Origin: Selenomonas bovis
GTDB lineage: Bacteria; Bacillota; Negativicutes; Selenomonadales; Selenomonadaceae
DNA: 64,000 bases
Direction: 5' to 3'
Assembly: GCA_902763085.1 (NCBI GenBank)
Contig: CACWQW010000010.1
Span: 8,608 to 72,607 of the forward strand
Shown: positions 30,769 to 40,826 of the stretch, piece after piece
Layout: every line of letters starts with the position of its first letter
How positions within the stretch are numbered: the first letter of the stretch is position 1
Position numbers and translations under genes: made by a program
Notes under the pieces: model-generated
The model's database searches: none
The model's input: the letters and a program-made list of their open reading frames with translations, nothing else
What the model was told of the DNA's origin: nothing

Positions 30769-31754
30769 ATGTCTGACAAACTTACCTATAAAGATGCATC
30801 ATCAAGGACAGTGTGCGCGCGACGTACCGCCCGGAGGTGCTCGGCGATCTCGGCGGCTTCGGCGGGCTCTTCGCACTGCAGGCGGGGAAATACAAGGAGC
30901 CGGTGCTCGTCTCCGGCACGGACGGCGTCGGGACGAAGCTCAAGATCGCGTTCCTGCTCGGCAAGCATGACACGGTCGGCCAGGATGCCGTCGCGATGTG
31001 CGTGAACGATATCCTCGTGCAGGGCGCGGAGCCGCTCTTCTTCCTCGACTACCTCGCGGTCGGCAAGGGCGTCGCGAACGCCTGCAAGGAGTCCGGCTGC
31101 GCGCTCATCGGCGGCGAGACGGCGGAGATGGCGGGCTTCTATCCGGATGGGGAATATGACATCGCGGGCTTTTCCGTCGGCGTCGTCGAGAAGTCCAAGG
31201 TCATCACGAGCGCGCGCGTGCGCGAGGGGGATGTGCTCCTTGGTCTGCCGTCGACGGGTGTTCATTCCAACGGCTTCTCCCTCGTGCGCAAGATCGTCTT
31301 CGAACGTCAGGGCATGAAGGGCGATGAGTACATCGAGGCACTCGGGAAGACCATCGGCGAGGAACTGCTGACGCCGACGCGCCTCTATCCGAAGGTCTGC
31401 CTGCCGCTCATCGAGAAGTTCGACCTCCACGGCATGGTGCACGTGACGGGCGGCGGCTTCTACGACAACATTCCGCGCGCGCTGCCTGACGATCTCGCCG
31501 TTGAGATCGACGCGGACGCCTGGGAGATGCCGACGATTTTCCGCCTCCTGCAGGAGTGGGGCAACGTGGACTGGCAGGAGATGTACCGCACGTTCAACAT
31601 GGGCATCGGCATGATCCTCATCGTAAGCCCAGAGGAAGCGGAGAAGGTCAAGGTGCACCTGAAGGGCGCGGGCGAGACGGTCTACTCGATCGGCCGCGTG
31701 GTGCGCGGCTCGCACGATGTGACCATCAAAGGCGGCGTGTTCGATGGCGAATGA
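30769..31754 (+). pseudogene. purM: AIR synthetase with an N-terminal frameshifting deletion and a second in-frame deletion (real lesion or assembly error)
   Basis: [10 protein letters not shown] in one frame continues as [14 protein letters not shown] in another at ~30799; TDGVGTK, GGETAEM, HSNGFSL and TFNMGIG present. Confidence 0.88.
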
Positions 31755-32370
31755 GAAACAGGTGCTCGGCGTGCTCTGCTCCGGCCGCGGCACGGACCTG
31801 CAATCCATCATCGACGCGCAGGCGCGCGGCGCGCTGCATGCAGCGATCGGCGTCGTGCTCGCGGACAAGCCGGACGCCTATGCGCTTGTGCGTGCGCAGG
31901 AGGCGGGCATCCCCGCCGTCTGCGTGAACCGGAAGGAGTATGAGGATCGGGAGTCATTTGAGCGTGCACTCATCGCTGAGCTCGAGCGGGCGGGCGTGAC
32001 GCTCGTCGTGCTCGCGGGCTTCATGCGTATCTTAACGCCGTATTTCGTACGCGCCTACGCGGGGCGCATCATGAACATCCACCCGGCACTCTTGCCGAGT
32101 TTCCCGGGCGCCCACGCGCACCGCGACGTGCTCGCCTACGGCGTCAAGGTCAGCGGCTGCACGATCCACTTCGTCGATGAGGGAACGGACAGCGGTCCCA
32201 TCATCGCGCAGGCGGCAGTCCCTGTGCTCGATGATGATACGGAGGAGACGCTCGGCGCGCGTGTGCTCGAGGAAGAACACCGTCTCTACCCGCAGGTCAT
32301 CGAGTGGTATTGCGAGGGCAGGCTCCGCGTCGAGGGGCGCAAGGTCCGCGTCCTCCCCGCGGAGTCCTGA
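31744..32370 (+). CDS. purN: GAR formyltransferase
   Basis: [33 protein letters not shown]. Confidence 0.96.
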   Translation: MANEKQVLGVLCSGRGTDLQSIIDAQARGALHAAIGVVLADKPDAYALVRAQEAGIPAVCVNRKEYEDRESFERALIAELERAGVTLVVLAGFMRILTPYFVRAYAGRIMNIHPALLPSFPGAHAHRDVLAYGVKVSGCTIHFVDEGTDSGPIIAQAAVPVLDDDTEETLGARVLEEEHRLYPQVIEWYCEGRLRVEGRKVRVLPAES

Positions 32371-32412
32371 GCAGCGAGAGCAGACGAGAAGAAGAGAGAA
32401 GGAGAACAGACG

Positions 32413-33006
32413 ATGAAAATCAAACGCGCATTGATCAGCGTATCGAACAAGGCAGGCGTCGTTGACTTCGCTCGCGCCCTGCATGAGGCGGGCGTCGAGA
32501 TCGTCTCGACGGGCGGTACGATGAAGGCCATCAAGGAAGCCGGCATCCCCGTCACCTATGTGAGCGATGTCACGGGCTTCCCCGAAATCATGGACGGCCG
32601 CGTGAAGACGCTCAACCCGTACATCCACGGCGGCATCCTCGCCGTGCGCGACAACCCCGAGCACGTGCGCGAGATGGAGGAGCACAAGATCACGGGCATC
32701 GACCTCGTGGCGGTGAATCTCTACCCGTTCAAGGAGACGATCGCGAAACCTGGCGTGACGCTCGCTGAGGCCATCGAGAATATCGATATCGGTGGCCCGG
32801 CTATGGTGCGCGCTGCGGCGAAGAATTTCAAGTTCGTCACGGTGGTGACGAACCCGGACCGCTATGACGCCATCGCCGCTCAGGTCAAGGAGCATGGCTG
32901 TGTCGACGACCGCACGCGCATGGAACTCGCCCAGGAGGCGTTTGCGCACACGGCGGCCTACGATGACATGATCCAGCACTATCTCGCTGAGCAGTTGAAA
33001 AAATAA
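32413..33006 (+). CDS. purH: IMP cyclohydrolase (N-terminal domain of PurH only)
   Basis: [37 protein letters not shown], then a clean stop and hairpin. Confidence 0.9.
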   Translation: MKIKRALISVSNKAGVVDFARALHEAGVEIVSTGGTMKAIKEAGIPVTYVSDVTGFPEIMDGRVKTLNPYIHGGILAVRDNPEHVREMEEHKITGIDLVAVNLYPFKETIAKPGVTLAEAIENIDIGGPAMVRAAAKNFKFVTVVTNPDRYDAIAAQVKEHGCVDDRTRMELAQEAFAHTAAYDDMIQHYLAEQLKK

Positions 33007-33082
33007 AGGCTGTCGCTTCATCTATATGTGGCGGTACAGAGGGGCTGCTCGGCAGCCCCTTTCTTTTTGGGAGGTATGACCA

Positions 33083-34366
33083 ATGAAGATTCTCGTTATT
33101 GGCGGCGGCGGCCGCGAGCACACGCTCGCGTGGAAGCTCGCCCAGTCCCCCAAGGCGGAGAAGCTCTATGCCATTCCCGGCAATCCCGGAATGGCGGAGG
33201 TCGCGGAGTGCGTGCCGGACATCTCCATCGAGGACAACGCGGCGGTCGTCGACTTCGCGAGGGCGCACGGCATCGATCTCGCCGTCGTCGGCCCGGAGGT
33301 GCCGCTCACGAACGGCATCATCGATGCCTTCGAGGCGGCGGGCATCCTCGCTTTTGGCCCGCGTCAGGCAGCGGCGGAGCTCGAGGGCTCGAAGTCCTTT
33401 TCCAAGGGACTCATGAAGAAGTATGGCATCCCGACGGCGAAGTACGAGGTCTTCACCGATGCGGCGGCAGCGAAGGCGTACATCCGCAAGGAGGGCGCGC
33501 CCATCGTCATCAAGGCAGATGGGCTCGCAGCGGGCAAGGGCGTCGTCGTCGCGATGACGGAGGACGAGGCGCTGCGCGCAATCACGGAGATCATGGAGGA
33601 TCAGGAGTTCGGTCAGGCGGGCAGCCGCGTCGTCATTGAGGAATTCATGGACGGCGAGGAAGCGTCGCTGCTCGCGTTCACCGATGGCGAGACCATCGTG
33701 CCGATGATCTCCTCTCAGGATCACAAGCGTGCCTACGACGGTGACGAGGGGCCGAATACGGGCGGTATGGGCACGTATGCCCCGGCGCCCGTCATGACGC
33801 CGGCGCTCGTCAAGGAAGTGCAGCAGACCATCCTCGAGCCGGTCATCCGCGCGATGGCGGCAGAGGGGCGCAAGTACCAGGGCTGCCTCTATGCCGGTCT
33901 CATGATCACGAAGGATGGGCCGCGCGTCGTCGAGTTTAACGCACGCTTCGGCGATCCGGAGACGCAGGTCGTGCTGCCGCTCCTGCGGAGCGATCTCGTC
34001 GACATCATGACGGCATGTGCGCGCGGTGACGGCAGCCTGAAGGACTTCGACATCCGTTGGAGCGACGGCGCAGCCGTCTGTGTCGTTCTCGCCTCGGGTG
34101 GTTATCCACGCAAGTATGCGAAGGGCTATGAGATCACTGGCCTCGCGGAGGCGGCAGCAAAGGGCGTGCATGTCTTCCACGCGGGGACGGCGGCCAAGGA
34201 CGGCAAAGTCGTCACCGCCGGCGGCCGCGTGCTCGGCGTCGTCGCCGAGGCGCCTGACGTCCGGCAGGCGGTGGAGAAGGCCTATGCGGGCGTGGCAGCC
34301 ATCGACTTCAAGGACAAGATGTTCCGCAAGGACATCGCTCATCGTGCCCTTGAGCGGTTGCAGTAA
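33083..34366 (+). CDS. purD: Phosphoribosylamine-glycine ligase
   Basis: GGGGREH, KADGLAAGKGV, QDHKR, NTGGMG, EFNARFGDPE. Confidence 0.97.
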   Translation: MKILVIGGGGREHTLAWKLAQSPKAEKLYAIPGNPGMAEVAECVPDISIEDNAAVVDFARAHGIDLAVVGPEVPLTNGIIDAFEAAGILAFGPRQAAAELEGSKSFSKGLMKKYGIPTAKYEVFTDAAAAKAYIRKEGAPIVIKADGLAAGKGVVVAMTEDEALRAITEIMEDQEFGQAGSRVVIEEFMDGEEASLLAFTDGETIVPMISSQDHKRAYDGDEGPNTGGMGTYAPAPVMTPALVKEVQQTILEPVIRAMAAEGRKYQGCLYAGLMITKDGPRVVEFNARFGDPETQVVLPLLRSDLVDIMTACARGDGSLKDFDIRWSDGAAVCVVLASGGYPRKYAKGYEITGLAEAAAKGVHVFHAGTAAKDGKVVTAGGRVLGVVAEAPDVRQAVEKAYAGVAAIDFKDKMFRKDIAHRALERLQ

Positions 34367-34397
34367 GCGCGGATAGGATCTATAATCATTTCATGCG

Positions 34398-34454
34398 AAG
34401 AGAACATCCTTATGAGAAATCTTTGTCTTTCTCATGAGGATGTTTTTCTTTTTT
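34398..34454 (+). terminator. Terminator of the pur operon
   Basis: AACATCCTTATGAGAAA..TTTCTCATGAGGATGTT plus T-tract. Confidence 0.8.
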
Positions 34455-34608
34455 ATACAGACAGAATAAACTTGAGTTATTCTGCCTGCGTGCTATAATA
34501 TACCATGCTTTGAGCAGTCTCTGGATGGCGACAGCGCAAAGTGCAAAGACGGAATTTCGGTGCGGCGTCTGACGGCCGCCTGTATCTTTTACGATAAGGA
34601 GGCATTCC

Positions 34609-35370
34609 ATGGGATTCGTATCCTCGCCCATCAGCTACCTGAAGAAGAGAAAGCCCATCTATCAGATTTCGACGCTGCAGTCGCTGATCATGGGGAATTA
34701 TTACGGCTCTGCGACCGTAGAGCACTTGCTGCGCTTCGGAGATATCGGCCTCGGCATGTTCGAGGCGGCAGACGGGGAGCTCGTCCTGCTCAACCATCGC
34801 TGCTACAGGATTCTCGGCGATGGTAGCGCGCGCCTTGCGGCGATGGAGGACCGCGTGACGTTCGCAAGTGTTTCTTTCGTAGAGGAAGGCGACACGATCC
34901 GCCTCGGCGCGCTCGGGAGCCTCGAGGCGCTGCGTGGCCTCCTCGACGAGCGCGTGGAGCTGCTCGGAACGAATTACCTCTACATCGTCCGCGTCGACGG
35001 CGCGTTCCGCCGCGTCGCCGCGCGCACAGAGCTGCGGCAGGAGCCTCCGTTCCAGAAATTCGCCGAAGTTATCGCGCGGGACGAGCGGCGGTTCGTCTTT
35101 GAGCACGTGACGGGGTCGCTCGTCTGCTTCTATTTCCCGCAGTACCTCGAGGGCGTGAACACAGCGGGCTGGCACTTCCATTTCCTCGATGAGGCCTGCT
35201 CCTGCGGCGGTCACGTCTTCGACATGGAGCTCGAGCAGGGCAGGGCGCTGCTCAACCGGACGGACCGTTTCGTGATGGATCTGCCGCACAATCCCGAGTT
35301 CCAGGAGGCAGCGCTCGCGGAGGCATCGAAGGACGAGATCCATCAGATCGAGCAGGGAGGAGATTCATAG
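34609..35370 (+). CDS. budA: Alpha-acetolactate decarboxylase
   Basis: IYQISTLQSL..G-x-Y-x-G, GDIGLG-x-F..DGE, GWHFHF..GGHV Zn motif. Confidence 0.88.
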   Translation: MGFVSSPISYLKKRKPIYQISTLQSLIMGNYYGSATVEHLLRFGDIGLGMFEAADGELVLLNHRCYRILGDGSARLAAMEDRVTFASVSFVEEGDTIRLGALGSLEALRGLLDERVELLGTNYLYIVRVDGAFRRVAARTELRQEPPFQKFAEVIARDERRFVFEHVTGSLVCFYFPQYLEGVNTAGWHFHFLDEACSCGGHVFDMELEQGRALLNRTDRFVMDLPHNPEFQEAALAEASKDEIHQIEQGGDS

Positions 35371-35519
35371 TGCAAACGTCTGAAATTTAGTCCGAAAAAG
35401 GAAATTTCGGAAAGGATTGCCGAAAACTCGATGAATTATGCTATAATCAAAGGAAGTTGATAAATTTTTCAATTTCATTTCTATGAGTTTTCAGAGAACG
35501 CGGGAAAGGGGAGACTGGA

Positions 35520-37064
35520 TTGATCTGGTTGTCGGATGGTTTGTATGAGGTGTCGCTTGCGCTCCTTCCCATACAGTTCTTTCTCGCCGCGTTCTATTTC
35601 CATCGCCGGTATCCGCCGCTCAAGGAGAGCCGGTACTTCGCTGCCGTCATCGTCCTCAACGTGTGCCTCGCGCTCGCCGGCATCTTCTTCGAGAGCCAGG
35701 TCCTCTGCATCGCGAATTACCTCTGCTTGCTCGTGAGCCTCTGCATGTACTTCGGCACGCAGAATCCAGAGCGCTTCCTGGAGCAGCGCACGGGCATGTT
35801 CAACCGGCACGCCTTCGAGTGCGTGATGCGAGAGAACCGGAGCCGCCGCTATTGGCTCGTCTCCTGCTGCCTGCGGAATTACGGTGATGTGCGCGAGCTC
35901 TACGGCGCCTGCCAGATGGACCGCTGCCTCGGGCTCATCGGCGATTGGCTGCAGGGGGAGTTCCCTCAGCTGCCGAAGTTCTACCTGCGCAACGGCCGCT
36001 TCGTCTTGCTCTCGTTCCAGTCGTTCGACCAGGAGAAAGCGGCAGCGAAGATTTCCCAGCGCTTCCAGGAGAGTTGGCAGGATGGCGAGGCGGAGATGTT
36101 CGTCGGCATCGGCTGTGCGTTCATGGACAGCTCCGTCTGCCTCTCCTCGGTGGAGGATATCCTCGATGTCCTTGAGCTCGCACACCGGCAGCAGGATGCC
36201 GCCGTGCTGCCGACGCAGGCGCCCGTGCGCGTCGACGGGCAGTTCGTCGACGGGCTCCATCATGAGATCGCCGTGAAGCGCGCGCTCGAGCGCGCCGTGG
36301 CGACGGATGCGGTCAGCGTCTTCTTCCAGCCGATCGTCGATGCGCATACGCAGCGCGTCGTCGGCGCCGAGGCGCTCGCGCGGATCTACGATGAGGAGCT
36401 TGGCTTCCTCTCGCCGACGGAGTTCATCCCCATCGCGGAGAAGACGGGCAGCATCACGCAGCTCGGCATGCAAGTCTTCCGCAAGGTCTGCGCGTTCATG
36501 AGCGATCCGCGCAACCAGTCCCTCGACCTCGATTGGGTGAACATCAACCTGTCACCGATCCAGTGCATGAATCCGCATCTTGCGACGGAATTCATCGCGA
36601 TCAAGGACCGATACGGGGTGCCGGCGCGCAAGCTGCACCTCGAGATCACGGAGGAGTCGTTCATCAACCTCAACACGCTGCAGGACCAGATCTCGCGCAT
36701 GCGGAAGGAAGGCTTCAATTTCGTGCTCGACGATTACGGCAGCGGCTACTCTAACCTCATGATGGTGCGCCAGATCCCCTTCATCAACATCAAGCTCGAC
36801 ATGGGCTTCGTGCGCGCGCATTTCCAGCAGCCGAACACGCTGCTCCCCGATACGATCCGCGCGTTCCTTGAGCTCGGATTCAGCATCACGGCGGAGGGCG
36901 TGGAGACGGCAGACATGGCGCTCGCGCTCGACAAGATGGAGACGACGTACCTGCAGGGCTTCCACTACGCGCGTCCGATGCCGATGGAGGATTTCCATCA
37001 GTACATGATGATGCGCAACCAGCAGGAGAACGCTGATTGCACTTCGTTGGCAGAGTCGGTATAA
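35520..37064 (+). CDS. Membrane-bound c-di-GMP phosphodiesterase (degenerate GGDEF + EAL)
   Basis: N-terminal TM helices, TGMFNR, FQPIV..EALAR, LEITE, LDDYGSGYS, EGVET, YLQG. Confidence 0.88.
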   Translation: MIWLSDGLYEVSLALLPIQFFLAAFYFHRRYPPLKESRYFAAVIVLNVCLALAGIFFESQVLCIANYLCLLVSLCMYFGTQNPERFLEQRTGMFNRHAFECVMRENRSRRYWLVSCCLRNYGDVRELYGACQMDRCLGLIGDWLQGEFPQLPKFYLRNGRFVLLSFQSFDQEKAAAKISQRFQESWQDGEAEMFVGIGCAFMDSSVCLSSVEDILDVLELAHRQQDAAVLPTQAPVRVDGQFVDGLHHEIAVKRALERAVATDAVSVFFQPIVDAHTQRVVGAEALARIYDEELGFLSPTEFIPIAEKTGSITQLGMQVFRKVCAFMSDPRNQSLDLDWVNINLSPIQCMNPHLATEFIAIKDRYGVPARKLHLEITEESFINLNTLQDQISRMRKEGFNFVLDDYGSGYSNLMMVRQIPFINIKLDMGFVRAHFQQPNTLLPDTIRAFLELGFSITAEGVETADMALALDKMETTYLQGFHYARPMPMEDFHQYMMMRNQQENADCTSLAESV

Positions 37065-37105
37065 TGTCTTCAGGGGAGTCGTACTTCCCCAGGAAGGAGA
37101 CGTCT

Positions 37106-38344
37106 ATGCCAGACCAGAAATCGCTCAGGGCGTATGCCCGTCTCGTCGTCGAGATCGGCGTCGCCTTGGAGCGCGACCAGATCCTCGTCATCAATGCGCC
37201 CATCGAGTGCGCGCCGTTCGCGCGCCTGCTCGCGGAGGAGGCGTATGGCGCCGGAGCCCACGAGGTCGTCATGAGCTGGAGCGATGAGCGCTCCGCCCAC
37301 ATCAAGTATGCGCTCGCACCGCAGTCCGTGTTCACGGAGTTTCCCGAGTGGAAACGCGCGTTCTACACGGATTATGCGGAGCAGGGCGCTGCTTTTGTCT
37401 CTATTGCCGCGCGCGATCCGGATATCTTCCGCGACATCGCGCCGCAGCGGCTGACGCTCGCGCAGCAGGCGGCGGGTGCCGCGCTGCTCGAGTACCGCAG
37501 CCGCCTCATGAACAACGAGAACACCTGGTGCGTCGTGTCGGTGCCGACGGCGGCGTGGGCACAGAAGGTGTTCCCGGGTGCCACAGCGGAGGAGGCGGAG
37601 CATCGTCTCTGGACGGCAATCCTGCACGCGGTGCGCATCGGCGAGGGGGATGCCGTCGAGGCCTGGCGGGAGCATATCGCGTTCCTGCACCGGGCGGCGG
37701 CGTTCCTCAACGCGCAGGATTTCGCGCGCCTGCACTATACGAATGCGCTCGGCACGGACCTCATCGTCGAACTGCCGGAGGGGCACCTCTGGGCGGGCGG
37801 CTCCGAGCCGTCGCAGACGGGGGTGCAGTTCGTCGCGAACCTCCCCACGGAGGAGGTCTACACGCTGCCGCACCGCGAGGGTGTCTTCGGCACGGTCGTT
37901 GCGACGCGCCCGCTCGTCTATCAGGGCAGCCTCATCGAGGGGATGCGCCTGCGGTTCGACCGCGGCCGCGTCATTGCGTTCTCGGCAGAGCGCGGCGAGG
38001 AGAAGCTGCGCGAGCTCCTCGCGACGGACGAGGGGGCCTGTCATCTCGGTGAGGTCGCGCTCGTCCCCTATGATTCGCCGATCCGGGAGAGTGGTCTCCT
38101 CTTCTACAACACGCTCTTCGACGAGAACGCCGCCTGCCACCTCGCGTTCGGCAAGGCGTATCCGACCTGCCTGCGCGGCGGCGACGCGCTTGAGAGCGTG
38201 GAGCTCCTGCAGCGCGGCGTGAACGACTCCCTGTTGCACGAGGATTTTATGGTGGGGAGCCGCGACCTCTCCATCACGGGCACGCGCCGCGCGGACGGGA
38301 GCGAGGTGCCCGTCTTCATCGAAGGGAATTTCGCACCGTTTTGA
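37106..38344 (+). CDS. Aminopeptidase (M29, AmpS/PepS type)
   Basis: ANLPTEEV, LGEVALV, TLFDENAACHLAFG, HEDFMVG. Confidence 0.92.
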   Translation: MPDQKSLRAYARLVVEIGVALERDQILVINAPIECAPFARLLAEEAYGAGAHEVVMSWSDERSAHIKYALAPQSVFTEFPEWKRAFYTDYAEQGAAFVSIAARDPDIFRDIAPQRLTLAQQAAGAALLEYRSRLMNNENTWCVVSVPTAAWAQKVFPGATAEEAEHRLWTAILHAVRIGEGDAVEAWREHIAFLHRAAAFLNAQDFARLHYTNALGTDLIVELPEGHLWAGGSEPSQTGVQFVANLPTEEVYTLPHREGVFGTVVATRPLVYQGSLIEGMRLRFDRGRVIAFSAERGEEKLRELLATDEGACHLGEVALVPYDSPIRESGLLFYNTLFDENAACHLAFGKAYPTCLRGGDALESVELLQRGVNDSLLHEDFMVGSRDLSITGTRRADGSEVPVFIEGNFAPF

Positions 38345-38392
38345 ATGGCGCTCCCTGCTTGTAAGGATGTAAACTCGATTTTTCCGGATGGA

Positions 38393-38421
38393 TTGACACG
38401 GACAGACGGATACGATAAACT
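38393..38421 (+). promoter_or_regulatory. Sigma-A-type promoter of guaB
   Basis: TTGACA-17 bp-TAAACT. Confidence 0.65.
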
Positions 38422-38474
38422 AGTAACAATATTTTTTTGCCGGTTTCGTGATATATGAGAAAGAAGGGGTTACG

Positions 38475-39983
38475 TTGGCTTATTTCTATCCTGAACCATC
38501 GCATACATTTGGAGAGTATCTTCTTGTTCCGGGATATTCTTCTGATAAGTGCATTCCCGCGAACGTCTCCTTGAAGACGCCGCTCGTGAAGTTCAAAAAG
38601 GGAGAAGAGCCGAAGATTTCCATGAACATCCCGATGGTCTCCGCCATCATGCAGGCGGTCTCCAACGACACGATGGCCATCGCGCTCGCCAAAGAGGGCG
38701 GCATCTCCTTCATCTATGGATCGCAGTCCATCGAGGAAGAGGCGGCGATGGTCGCACGCGTGAAGAACTACAAGTCCGGCTTCGTCACGAGTGATTCCAA
38801 CATCACGCCGGAGACGACGCTCGGCGAGATCCTCGAGCTCTTGAAGAAGACGGGCCATTCGACGATGGCGGTGACGGAGGACGGCACGCCGACGGGGAAG
38901 CTGCTCGGCATCGTCACGAGCCGCGACTACCGCCTCTCGCGCATGAGCCTCGATGAGAAGGCGGGCTCGTTCATGACGCCGTTCGAGAAGCTCGTCTACG
39001 CCGACGCGGAGACGACGACGCTCTCGATGGCAAACGATATCATCTGGGACAAGAAGCTCAACATGCTGCCGCTCGTCGACAAGGAGCAGCGCCTGCGGTA
39101 CATGGTCTTCCGCAAGGACTACACGGACAACAAGGAGAACGGAAACGAGCTCATCGACGAGGGCAAGCGCTACGTGGTCGGCGCGGGCATCAACACGCGC
39201 GACTACGCGGACCGCGTGCCGGCACTGCTCAAGGCGGGCGCCGACGTGCTCTGCATCGACTCCTCCGAGGGCTTCTCAGAGTGGCAGCGCATCACGCTCC
39301 GCTACATCCACGAGCATTTCGGTGAGGACGTCAAGGTCGGTGCGGGCAATGTCGTCGATGCCGAGGGCTTCCGCTTCCTCGCGGAGGCGGGTGCGGACTT
39401 CGTCAAAGTCGGCATCGGCGGCGGCTCGATCTGCATCACGCGCGAGACGAAGGGCATCGGCCGCGGCCAGGCGACGGCGCTCATCGACGTCTGCCGCGAG
39501 CGCGATAAGTATTTCGAGGAGACGGGCGTCTACATCCCGGTCTGCTCGGACGGCGGCCTCGTGCACGACTACCACATGACGCTCGCACTCGCGATGGGCG
39601 CGGACTTCCTCATGCTCGGCCGGTATTTCTCGCGCTTCGACGAGAGCCCGACGGACAAAGTCAAGATCAACGGCACGTACTACAAGGAGTACTGGGGCGA
39701 GGGCTCGAACCGCGCGCGCAACTGGCAGCGCTACGACCTCGGCGGCGCGAAGAAGCTCTCGTTCGAGGAGGGCGTCGACTCCTATGTGCCATATGCTGGC
39801 TCGCTCAAGGACAACGTGAACATCACGCTCTCGAAGGTGCGTTCGACGATGTGCAACTGCGGCGCGCTGAATCTCGCGGAGCTGCGCGAGAAGGCGAAGC
39901 TCACGCTCGTCTCCTCGACGTCCATCGTCGAGGGCGGCTCGCATGACGTCATCCTGCGCAACAAGTTCAACAGCCGCGAGTGA
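38475..39983 (+). CDS. guaB: IMP dehydrogenase
   Basis: [13 protein letters not shown] catalytic loop, CBS pair, SDGG, EEGV; TTG start. Confidence 0.94.
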   Translation: MAYFYPEPSHTFGEYLLVPGYSSDKCIPANVSLKTPLVKFKKGEEPKISMNIPMVSAIMQAVSNDTMAIALAKEGGISFIYGSQSIEEEAAMVARVKNYKSGFVTSDSNITPETTLGEILELLKKTGHSTMAVTEDGTPTGKLLGIVTSRDYRLSRMSLDEKAGSFMTPFEKLVYADAETTTLSMANDIIWDKKLNMLPLVDKEQRLRYMVFRKDYTDNKENGNELIDEGKRYVVGAGINTRDYADRVPALLKAGADVLCIDSSEGFSEWQRITLRYIHEHFGEDVKVGAGNVVDAEGFRFLAEAGADFVKVGIGGGSICITRETKGIGRGQATALIDVCRERDKYFEETGVYIPVCSDGGLVHDYHMTLALAMGADFLMLGRYFSRFDESPTDKVKINGTYYKEYWGEGSNRARNWQRYDLGGAKKLSFEEGVDSYVPYAGSLKDNVNITLSKVRSTMCNCGALNLAELREKAKLTLVSSTSIVEGGSHDVILRNKFNSRE

Positions 39984-40148
39984 GACGGGACAGGCGTTTG
40001 ATTTCATATCCATGAAAGAGAGAGGTGCTTTCCGCGCAGGCGGGTTCCCTTGGGAATCGCCGCCGGGGAGGCACCTCTTTCGTGTTTTCATCGTGTTTTC
40101 AGCGCGTGGCGCTAGATTAGAGGGAAAAGAAGCAGAGGAGGATGCCGC

Positions 40149-40826
40149 ATGCGTGTTTTGCTCGCGGAGGACGATCAGAGGCTCGGGAAGCTCATCAAAT
40201 ACATGTTGGAACAGAACCATATCCAGGTCGAATGGGTGACGGACGGCAGCGATATCTACGATTACGCGCAGTATACGGAGTACGATATCCTCGTGCTCGA
40301 CTGGATGATGCCCGGTGAGAGCGGCGTCGATGCCTGTCGCCGCCTGCGCAAGGACGGCTACGAGCGCGCGATCCTCATGCTGACGGCGCGCGACTCCGTC
40401 GAGGACCGCGTGACGGGGCTCGACGCGGGCGCGGACGACTACCTCGTCAAGCCGTTCGAGTTCGTCGAGCTCCTCGCGCGCCTGCGGGCGCTCGGGCGGC
40501 GCAGCACGCAGAAGATCCAGCAGGACGTCGTCGAAGTCGGCGGCTTCACGCTGAACCGCACGGCGAAGGTGCTCAAGAAGGACGGGCAGGTCATCCAGCT
40601 CTCGCCGCGCGAGTTCCAGATCTTCGATCTGCTCGCGCAGAACCTCGGCATCGTCGTGCCGCGCGACATCATCCTCGACCGCATCTGGGGCCTCGAGTCA
40701 GACGTGAGTTCCAACAACATCGATTCATACATGAAGATCCTGCGCAAGAAGCTCGATACGGGGGATGGCAGCACCGTGATCAAGACGGTGCGCGGCGTCG
40801 GCTACAAGCTCGAGGCGGAACCCTGA
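40149..40826 (+). CDS. OmpR-family response regulator
   Basis: AEDD, LDWMMP, GADDYLVKPF, winged-helix TVRGVGY. Confidence 0.95.
   Translation: MRVLLAEDDQRLGKLIKYMLEQNHIQVEWVTDGSDIYDYAQYTEYDILVLDWMMPGESGVDACRRLRKDGYERAILMLTARDSVEDRVTGLDAGADDYLVKPFEFVELLARLRALGRRSTQKIQQDVVEVGGFTLNRTAKVLKKDGQVIQLSPREFQIFDLLAQNLGIVVPRDIILDRIWGLESDVSSNNIDSYMKILRKKLDTGDGSTVIKTVRGVGYKLEAEP

Noticed and set aside
30790-30812. Programmed ribosomal frameshift in purM
   Set aside because: No slippery sequence, and conserved residues are missing rather than merely shifted.
32413-33006. purH as a truncated pseudogene
   Set aside because: The ORF ends at the domain boundary with a clean stop and hairpin, consistent with a naturally split PurH.
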